Shown: piece after piece, positions 8,467 through 16,688 of the stretch
How the letters are laid out: the number at the start of each line of letters is the position of its first letter
Numbering within the stretch: position 1 is the stretch's first letter
Assembly (NCBI GenBank): GCA_009103225.1
Contig: RHPI01003124.1
Span: 485,934 to 505,092 of the forward strand
Reading direction: 5' to 3'
Source: Chlorokybus atmophyticus
Taxonomy: Eukaryota > Plantae > Mesostigma and Chlorokybus algae
Length of the DNA stretch: 19,159 nt
Made by a program: the position numbers and the translations under genes
Notes under the pieces: generated by a model
Seen by the model: only the letters and a program-made list of their open reading frames with translations
What the model was told of the DNA's origin: nothing
Databases searched by the model: none

Positions 8467-8663
8467 CTGTCGTGCCAAATCCTATCGTTGCGCGAGGATG
8501 TCGTCCACCAGCTCGTCATGGCCTCATCATGCTGCACCTTTTCCACCTTCACATGTTGTAGCTTCCTCCATGCATGTCTGCTAGCTCAGGATCCTCCCGA
8601 AGCTGCCCCACTAGTGTACATACTCATACACATGACACAACACTCACAACAAGCGCGTATTAC
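8467..8663 (-). repeat. Repeat B1 (197 bp)
   Basis: Matches 7770-7966. Confidence 0.96.
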
Positions 8664-8664
8664 A

Positions 8665-8672
8665 CCCCCTTC
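8665..8672 (-). promoter_or_regulatory. Candidate polypurine tract of the split-repeat element
   Basis: GAAGGGGG on the minus strand is followed immediately by TGTAATACG, the start of repeat B1. Confidence 0.65.
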
Positions 8673-8720
8673 AGCTGGTGTTCACGACCCGAGAATGCCA
8701 GCTGACCTCCTCACGCGCCT

Positions 8721-11390
8721 TCATCCACACGCACCATCGCATCCGTCCACCCCCTCGCTTCGAGCCTCCTCAACCTCTCTCACGCGTAACGGAAAGAATG
8801 CCTTCTCACCATCACCATGCTCCCATCCCGGTCTGAAAAAGCCCTGCTCCAACCAGTTGTCCACTCCTCCTCCCACTGGATACAAGAACTCCTGCCCCAA
8901 TAGCACATCATAGCTCCCCCCCTCGGTGATAAGGCAATGAACACCAAGAGTGGTTCGCCCTCCACCATGTGCAGTCAATTGGATCTGCACGGGCTCTAAT
9001 GTCACCGCAAACACGGCCTCCATCCCTCCTCCAGCAGTCTTGAGATGCCACGGACATGGCCCCCAATCCTTCGGCTGCAATCCCATGCGCGCCGCCGCTC
9101 TCGCTCCAAGTATCACTGGCTCCGCACATGTATCCACGAGCACGCGCTCCGGTGTGTACCCGTTCAGCTGCACATGACCATGCTTGTTGTCCACCGTTGC
9201 CACCGTCGCCATAACATCAAGCCTCTCCGCCGGTCTCGACAACGCCGCCGACAAGTCCGACTTGGAGTCCAGCTGCACCGGCTCTTCCATCACCTCCGTG
9301 TGCATGCCGTTTGCTAACTCCACGATAGGCACATCCACCTCCAGCTCCTGCTCATTATCCGTGACTTCATGAAGCTTCTTTCCTGCATAGATGACTGCCC
9401 TAAACTCCTCCTCACTCGTCACATCTGCCTCGCAATCCAAAGTGACTTGCGTAGCTGCGTCAGCTGTCGCGGGCTTCAACATCGGCCCCAACACGCACTC
9501 CAAACGCTCCAAAGTACATCCGACATCCTTCAGTGTCAACATGGGCTGATGGAGAAGGGTTCCCGCCAGCTCATGGACTGCACTTGCATCCGCACGCGCC
9601 GCCGTTGGCACCTTCATGACGCGCGCACATGCCGGGCTGACTTGCGCACTTGCCGTCTCTAACAAACATGCCAAACCCTTCATGGACTGCATCTTGCCCT
9701 CATCCACATCGTTCTTCACTTCAATACACATACCATCATGCTGCTCCACACTCATGACCCTCCTCACCAAAGGCATTGACAACGCCGACGTCGCTGACAC
9801 CTCCATGGCTGGCGCAGGCGCATAGCCTCCCGCCGTCGCCGTCAACGGTGCCGATACCGCGCGTGATCGCGCATTAGCTGGTGCAAACAGTTCTTCATGA
9901 CCCCCAGCAGCTTTACAAACCTCCGAGGTTGCGACGCGGACCCCCTTGCCTCGCATGTAGGGCGATACCGCCGCCGTAGGTGCTGGTGCAGCGCGCGCAG
10001 TCCCCGTAGCTGCCGTAGCCGTCATCGGGCTGCACCACGCCGCGCTATACGCCAAGTACGCGTACGCACCTCCATCATCATCATCCTTCTCCTGTCGGAC
10101 ACCCTTTTGCTTGCGTTCCGGCTGCGTGCGCAGCCCCGCTAGCGCCGCCTTCAACTCGGCCACTTCGGCAACGAGCGCGGACACCTCGCTTGCACGCGCC
10201 AGCTCCGCATGGCTTTGTGAGCTTCCCGCCTGAGCTGAATGTGCTTGCTTGGTCACCGTCTTGCCGCTCAGCACCTCCGCGCGCAAGTGCGGATGCTTGC
10301 TCCAACACGCATTGTCATCATGGCCCATCTTCCCACAATATGAACACACGAGGCCTTGCCTCTTCGGACAATACTTTGCGATGTGTCCGACCTCTCCACA
10401 CCTCCAACACACTCCCGTTTGCTGCTCCTCATGCCGTGCATCCATAGGAACACCGTTTGCAGCCATCACACTCCTCACCGGAGCTGACTTAATGACTGTA
10501 GCTTGCCCTCCATCGCGCCGACCAGTATCGGTGCGCTTGGTAGCTCCCGACAGCTGCGTCGCCATGCCCTCTGCCATCGAACCAATGCTCTTCTCATACT
10601 CTTGCTGCCATTGAGCATTCTCGGCTGCAACGAAGACATCACGAAGCGTGTAGCTTGCGCCTTGATGCGCTCCTCGCAACACGGTCTGCACCGCCTCCCG
10701 CAAGCCATCCTCCAATGCACGCAAGTACAACACCGCGGCCATCTTGTTAGACACAACCTCATGCTCCGTGTCCTCCAACAACTTCACCATCCTCGTGTAC
10801 ATCATGCGTGGGGTCTCACCATCCTTGCGCTTGAAATACATCAGCTCCATCATCTTTGCCGGCGTCGATTGTGGATACGTCGACGTCAACACCATCATGA
10901 ACTCCTTCATGGGCTGCACCTTCGCCCACTCCTTCTCAAACTCAGCTCCATGTTCAGCTCTACACACCTCTTCTCGTGCCTCCAACTTCCTCTTGAACTC
11001 CCTCCACGTGCCCAAAGCTTCATCCTCCAAGAATTCGGGCATCATCTTAAATGCTTTGTGCTCATTCCATGACCTATCACGTGCCGACCAGCTGATCATG
11101 CGACACTCAAACCTATCCTTGAAGTCTTGTAGCTCCAATGTGTTGGGCCGACCGCTGAAACGCGTGCGCGCACCCTCCATCTCCGTCTTCAACAAGGTGT
11201 CCATTAGATCTGGCTCCTCCTCTTCAACCTCTTCAACCTCCTTGTGGTCTTCCTTGTCACCGGCTGGCTCGTCCTCGTAGTCTCCTTCACTCGGGGAAGT
11301 AGGCACCTCCTTCTCGGGCAACTCTTCTCTCTCCTTCAAGGGGACTTCAAGCTCCTTCAGACCAGCTCCTGACCTTGTTTCCACGGGCAT
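8721..11390 (-). CDS. gag: Gag-protease polyprotein (capsid-like region, two CCHC knuckles, retropepsin-like domain with DTC in place of DTG)
   Basis: Capsid-like FKRKDGETPRMMYTRMVKLL, knuckles CWRCGEVGHIAKYC and CSYCGKMGHDDNAC, protease-like VLVDTCAEPVILG and YDVLLGQEFL. Uninterrupted 889 aa. Confidence 0.9.
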   Translation of the reverse strand: MPVETRSGAGLKELEVPLKEREELPEKEVPTSPSEGDYEDEPAGDKEDHKEVEEVEEEEPDLMDTLLKTEMEGARTRFSGRPNTLELQDFKDRFECRMISWSARDRSWNEHKAFKMMPEFLEDEALGTWREFKRKLEAREEVCRAEHGAEFEKEWAKVQPMKEFMMVLTSTYPQSTPAKMMELMYFKRKDGETPRMMYTRMVKLLEDTEHEVVSNKMAAVLYLRALEDGLREAVQTVLRGAHQGASYTLRDVFVAAENAQWQQEYEKSIGSMAEGMATQLSGATKRTDTGRRDGGQATVIKSAPVRSVMAANGVPMDARHEEQQTGVCWRCGEVGHIAKYCPKRQGLVCSYCGKMGHDDNACWSKHPHLRAEVLSGKTVTKQAHSAQAGSSQSHAELARASEVSALVAEVAELKAALAGLRTQPERKQKGVRQEKDDDDGGAYAYLAYSAAWCSPMTATAATGTARAAPAPTAAVSPYMRGKGVRVATSEVCKAAGGHEELFAPANARSRAVSAPLTATAGGYAPAPAMEVSATSALSMPLVRRVMSVEQHDGMCIEVKNDVDEGKMQSMKGLACLLETASAQVSPACARVMKVPTAARADASAVHELAGTLLHQPMLTLKDVGCTLERLECVLGPMLKPATADAATQVTLDCEADVTSEEEFRAVIYAGKKLHEVTDNEQELEVDVPIVELANGMHTEVMEEPVQLDSKSDLSAALSRPAERLDVMATVATVDNKHGHVQLNGYTPERVLVDTCAEPVILGARAAARMGLQPKDWGPCPWHLKTAGGGMEAVFAVTLEPVQIQLTAHGGGRTTLGVHCLITEGGSYDVLLGQEFLYPVGGGVDNWLEQGFFRPGWEHGDGEKAFFPLRVREVEEARSEGVDGCDGACG

Positions 11391-11437
11391 TCCACGTCCA
11401 CCACAACCACAAACACCCGCACACCTTTATGCCAATG

Positions 11438-11451
11438 AGTTGAGCGCAAGT
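11438..11451 (-). promoter_or_regulatory. Candidate self-priming primer-binding site
   Basis: AGTTGAGCGCAAGT (plus strand) is the exact reverse complement of 11675-11688 in repeat A and abuts the A1 boundary at 11452. Confidence 0.7.
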
Positions 11452-11946
11452 AACAAGCGCGTGTCTTAGCCAACCTAGACTCAAGCACGGGCTTCTATAC
11501 TTGCAATTGGCATGTGATGCACGGGGAGATGAGGCTAAGTCCGTTCGCAAGGTGTGGCACACGCTCATACACTTCACACAAGCATATCCATGCACGTGCA
11601 CACTCAAGGCAAGCACACAAGCAAGGCAAGTTGAGGCCTCTCCAAGTAGCTGTATGCTCCCAATAGAACAAGGGACTTGCGCTCAACTAGCTGCAACACA
11701 AGTCAAGAACACTTACATACCCTCCTACCATGCCTCCACAACCGTTTTAACCACTTTAGCTGCCACAACTACCATACAACTCCCAAATCAGTCATAACCA
11801 GCGATTTTCAGTCACATGTGAGTCCTACCAGCGTAATTGAGTTACACCTCGATGTAATGACCGTAACTCAGCTCTATCTCATGAAATATGACCTCAAAAG
11901 CCCTCATAATCGATGCGTTGCGCCACCGACACGCACGCGCATGACA
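11452..11946 (-). repeat. Repeat A1 (495 bp)
   Basis: Matches 7971-8465. Confidence 0.96.
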
Positions 11947-13519
11947 AGACCCATGTATGCCCGTGGCCATTGCCACCATCCTTGAGATTGCCGAGGTGGA
12001 TGAGCCCTGCCGCACATACAGCGTGCAGATCATTAATTGGCTGCCAGTATTTTGCGTGGAGGACGACAGCGTGCGGCCGTTCATACCTATCAGGTCGCAA
12101 AGGCTCATGCGTGGCAAGACACCGGATCATTACACACGCCCCGAGCTGGAGGTAAGTTGGTGATTGTCAGTCACGCACAGTCTATGCTTTTGTCACTGCA
12201 TATCATCAAGTGCGAGACGAGCGTCGCGTGTAGTTGGCTACAGTGTGCACATGTGAACCGCCTATGACACTGACAATGACGGAGTGCAGAGCGTGACGGT
12301 TGAGTGGCCACTTATGTTCATGAGCCAGATGGGCACCTGCGTATGTGAAACGGTGAATGCAGCTTCAATAGGCACGTCCGGATGGGGGAATGCCAGGCGA
12401 GAGTATTTGAAGAAACTGAACACCAATGCGCAGCAAGACGATCAGTTTTGTCAGCTATGTGCGCGCAATTTCTTGTTTCAAGTGCTTGCTAGTTGTGCTG
12501 ATGATGTGCCTATGCAGGACCGCGAGGTTTCAGTGGATGATGAGAAGCTGAAGATGCTGGCGGCTGTGTGCTGTGGCACTGAGCAAACACCTATTAGGGC
12601 GCAGGTTGGCCGGCAATGAGAATTCTGGCGGAAGAAGCAGGTGGCGCTGATGGAGAGCGTGGCACCTGTTCCCTTTCGAGACCAGGCCCGAATGGACAGC
12701 ATTCCAACACAGCGTATCATGCAAGCGGTTGTGCAGTTTGCAATGAAGAAGAAGTGGCTGGGCGAAGACCCAACGCAGGGTGGTCAGCTGGTCTGGATAA
12801 ACACGAGGAAACGGCCAGGTATGTTTTAAGCTTATAGACCGCTCATAGGCTTGGTAGTTGTGACCAATGCACAGTGTCACAATGCAGTCTATAGGGTATG
12901 CTCGTAAGCTGGTAAGCTGTAAGCTAATAGTGCCATGTACGAGCAATCTGGTCTCTGTGTATGTGATTGTACACATTCGCCACTCATTGTGAATGCAGGC
13001 ATGCCGGATGAAAGTGAAACGCCTGAGCCCATGAGGTTCCGCTTCATGGGGCGATGGGAGCCAAGCAGGACGGCATCCTTCAAATGATAGGTATCAGAGA
13101 TGTGCAAAGTTGCAACTGTTGCATGTTGCTACTGTTACGTGTTTATTTTTTAAGAAATGTACATTGTGTACTACCGTTGCGGTGTTGCTCATATGCAGTG
13201 TGCGCGCGCAATGTCTACGACAATCTGTTGTTGGCGCACGCGGCGTGCACTCGTTCATCTGAAAGGCTGTCTACAATTGCAAATATGGAGCAGAGTATGG
13301 AACAGAAGGAACGTATGCGTGCAGTGCCGAGATCACGTGGTGTGCGCAGCATGCGCTCAGTCTCATCATAGGCAGGCTATGAGCGCTGGTGATCTTAGTA
13401 GCTATGAGAACACTGCTGTAGTTAGCATAGATGTTTGACACTTTGCAGGTCTCTCTGATTGCCAGACACGCACTATATAATAGAATGGGTTACCGTGAAT
13501 TGCTAGTGCATGGGTCATA

Positions 13520-13874
13520 GACCAGCATTGGTGCAGGATGTCAGCGGGTGTCGTGCACCAATGCTGGTCCCTGGATGCAAGCATGGACCAATGCAGTGAG
13601 ATTCGGCTGGTACAAAGAAATGGTTGGGTGTGGACCAGGCATGGTCCCGCCAGCAGAGCCATGGTTGGTCCCACTAGTCGGGACCATCCTTGCAGACCAT
13701 CTGGGCTAGACATTAAGATACAAGTAGACCATGCATGGTCCCACAGTGCGAACCAAGGATGGTCCTGCTACTCAGGACCAGTAGTGGTGATGCTTTTGAC
13801 AAAACTGTGACAAGAGCGGACCATCCTTGGTGCATGCAGCAACACGCATGGCAGACCAGCATTGGTGCACGACA
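13520..13874. repeat. Cluster of degenerate inverted repeats built on GACCA/TGGTC motifs
   Basis: 16-bp arms at 13520-13535 and 13554-13569, a 21-bp inverted match between 13549-13569 and 13854-13874, and a perfect palindrome GACCATGCATGGTC at 13727-13740. Confidence 0.75.
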
Positions 13875-14254
13875 AGCTCGGCACCAGTAGAAATGTTGAA
13901 GTGACACGAGTAGAGGAGCAAACCAAAGGCCAACCAGCATCTGCAGCGTACGACACATTATTGCTTATTACAATTAGAAACTCATCATTATCGCAGAAGC
14001 GCTGGCTGCCTCAACTGTAACCCCTCGAGCAGCAGGAAGTGACGCAAGCATATTGTATCATCATGCGCACAACTGCCTCAGCACTAAGCCTGGAATCAAG
14101 AATCACTCGCAAATGACCAGACAATTGTACACACAAATGGTACTATTAGTTAAAAGCGTTTTTGACAGCTAGCAACCTCTTGATGTTGATGCGCACGTGC
14201 CGTTGAAATGTGCACCCTGCCGGCCACCACGCATGGCTCAAACAAAGTCCACGA

Positions 14255-15405
14255 TTATATGCAAGGGTAGCTGTGACATGTGTCCTTCAACCTATACCCA
14301 ACAATGTCATCTATAAATGGCCTTGCATCTCTTAGCTGCAACCCCTGGGGAGGCCATGTTGCCTGCGGAGTCAGCGGAGCACGCCCACAGTCCGGTAAAG
14401 ATGTGACATCGGCAGCGGGTTGCACGTGAAGCCTCTCCATTGCCTTTTCAGGTACGTGATCTTGTACAGTCTGGCCATCTCTTCTGCTGAACTGGCTTCC
14501 TGCTGTCCACTATGAACAGACTTCCGGCTCTGTGCGCTAAAAGCGATACGCCTTTCGCCGAATCGGCTAGCGGTAGCAACCTCCCTGCGCTATATCTGCA
14601 TGCAGATTATAATCAGTACAGCTTACTACTCACCTAGCGCACATGAATAGAAGGAAAAGCACACGTTGTTATATTGTACTCAAGCTATCTGTCAATCTGG
14701 GCCTTTAATCTCAACAACCCACGCGCTCGGCTCCACATTGTGTATGGATCTGCAGCAGCATGCTCGCCAGCGTGCCAACCATGTCCGAGGACTCACGTTT
14801 CCTAACGTTCGTTACGTGCTCATCATAACCGAAAGCGCATATTAAGATGGACTTCAGGTCGCACATGGACACCAAGTTCATCACCTGTAGCTGCGCTTTA
14901 GTGCCATACATAATTTATCCTCAGGGTTGCTAAACCCTAAGCGATCCACCAACAACTTAGTGGCTTGCAGCGTCTTGGCAGCTGTGACAAAGTGCAGGAC
15001 AATGCAGAAATGGTTAAAATGGTAAGCGGCGGTATGGCACTCAACCCTGCAATGAGCGCTGGTCTGCCTGCTGCAGGCTTTGCTTGCTCCTCCTCCTCCT
15101 CATTATCACTCTGCTCTGTAAATTTCAACTTGAGCGTTTGCAGCTGGTTGCATGCTGCGAGTGCGCTGAGGTTTTGGGATTGGCAAGAGGGAGACAGCGA
15201 GACCCTACTCTTGCACATTCCTGTAGCTGCTGAGGCTTAGAGCAATGTCCCCAATGTCATTATTAACAACTCTAAGGAAGTAGTCCATCCATGTGACCTC
15301 AGGAGACACTTCTCCAAGCAGCTGCAGATCCTCACAGCTGCTTGGAGAAGTGTTTTGCTTTGGTTCAACTCCATGCACAATTGTCGCGTTGAGGGCGAAG
15401 CGCAT
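14255..15405 (-). pseudogene. Possible fragmented leucine-rich-repeat-like gene
   Basis: Short minus-strand ORFs in different frames carry LxxLxxLxL-like strings (NLSALAACNQLQTLKLKF, LSAIPPLTILTISA, AQLQVMNLVSMCDLKSILI). I could not build a coherent exon chain. Confidence 0.3.
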
Positions 15406-15899
15406 TTCCGCATTTGCATGACTTAACTCCGATAACTTACAAAGATCGCATTTTTGGTTGCTAATGCGTACAATTGCCGAAAACGCTTGTCACAACCCAA
15501 CACACCACATCCATGCACCCACCCACACATGGCTGCTAAACACATGGCTGCCAATTGCAAGTGCACCCCAATTGCTACGACAATCTTTTCACAACAAACA
15601 TGACACAATATCAGGAATGTGTGCATATACAACAACGAAATATCAGGTCAGATTTGAGTTCACTTCAAAGTAAACTTAGTTCAGCAACCAAATGCCAGAG
15701 CGAATGTTTGCTTCTGCCGATTCAACTCCAGCCAAATATTATGGTTTGCTTGCGTTGGCGCAATAGGTCTGTTTTTCTTGGCATGATTGAAATCTTTGGG
15801 CATGGGAGTATCCTGCTGTGATGGAATGCCTTCTTGCGTTCCTCAATGTCGTGCAGATGACTCTAAAGGTCTTCGGAAAGTGGTCATTGTCCCACACCC

Positions 15900-16321
15900 T
15901 GTTGACGGACTAGCATGCACATGTAGCTGAGGCAAGCATGGATGCACAGAGACAGAGCTACCGCCACCAGAGCATACACAAGTCACATCACATTCATCTA
16001 CTACAAGTTGTCCGCTGGTTCTTATACCAGCCAGTTACACACACGTCTATGTTTGCAAGCACTGCGTAAGCTATACTGAGCCTTTTAACGCGCTCTAAGC
16101 TGTGTTGTCTTCCTTACCACAGCTTTCCAACAAGCTATTACACGCCTAATATGAGTAAGTATACGCGGAGATACGAAGCAGTTAGTAAGGCTCCAGTCTG
16201 GAGTCCGGAGTCTGGTCCGACGACGCCATCTTGCTAAGTCCGGACCTAGTGCTCATCCTTACGACCTTCTACTCCTGTGTGGAAAGTCGATGCTGATCGT
16301 ATGTAGGAATGACTCTCAACA
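15900..16321 (-). repeat. 3' LTR of the Copia element (422 bp; partner LTR lies outside the window)
   Basis: 6-bp terminal inverted repeat TGTTGA/TCAACA, preceded on the minus strand by GCGTGGGAG (16330-16322) about 40 bp after the pol stop. The left end is inferred from the TIR alone. Confidence 0.75.
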
Positions 16322-16363
16322 CTCCCACGCGAGCAGCTTGACCTCCAACGCTTGCTCCTGTAG

Positions 16364-16687
16364 TCAAACACAGATGCCAAGTCCTGCGCAACAAGTCTTG
16401 AACTTGAGCGGTGATAATGGCTTTGTCAAGAAGTCCGCCAGCATGCCCTCAGTGTTGCAGTACTGGAACTCCACCTCCTTCCTTGTGACTCTGTCACGCA
16501 CAAAGTGATGCATGACATCAATGTGCTTCGTCCTTGCCGAGGCGATAGGGTGCTTCAACAACTTGATGGCTCCTTGGTTGTCACAGTTGATGACGATGCA
16601 CGCCATGGGGTGCTCCAAGTCTGCCATGAGCTTACAAAGCCAGAGTGCCTCTTTCACTGCTGCTGCCGCTGCCATATACTCAGCCTC
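16364..16687 (-). CDS. pol: Copia RNase H, C-terminal part (split fragment)
   Basis: EAEYMAA, CDNQGAIKL, RTKHIDVMHHFVRD and LADFLTKPL are Copia RNase H motifs. Confidence 0.95.
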   Translation of the reverse strand, partial: EAEYMAAAAAVKEALWLCKLMADLEHPMACIVINCDNQGAIKLLKHPIASARTKHIDVMHHFVRDRVTRKEVEFQYCNTEGMLADFLTKPLSPLKFKTCCAGLGICV

Positions 16688-16688
16688 T

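Larger units (their letters stand above)
7770..11946 (-). mobile_element. Non-autonomous Gag-protease retroelement with split direct repeats (A1-ORF-B1-A2-B2); either a YR/PAT-like element or a circularly permuted LTR element
   Basis: A copies at 11452-11946 and 7971-8465, B copies at 8467-8663 and 7770-7966, each pair apparently identical. No TSD. One 889-aa ORF; no RT, RNase H, integrase or recombinase. Confidence 0.88.
7477..13087 (+). pseudogene. Spliced host gene of unknown function, disrupted by the 7770-11946 insertion and an in-frame TGA
   Basis: Putative exons ~7477-7578, 7701-7769 joined to 11947-12151, 12290-12818 and 12999-13087. The three GT-AG introns have mutually consistent phases (2, 0, 1). 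Single TGA at 12617-12619. No family recognised; the outer limits are uncertain. Confidence 0.5.

Noticed and set aside
7766-11951. Target-site duplication around the split-repeat element, or reading 7771-8465 as a solo LTR
   Set aside because: The flanks GTGAC and AGACC do not match. Although 7771-8465 has TG...CA ends, the PPT and PBS positions place the internal region between A and B, which does not fit A+B as the LTR.
12617-12619. In-frame TGA as selenocysteine
   Set aside because: No redox motif around it, no SECIS recognised, and the gene is already disrupted by an insertion; CGA to TGA is simpler.
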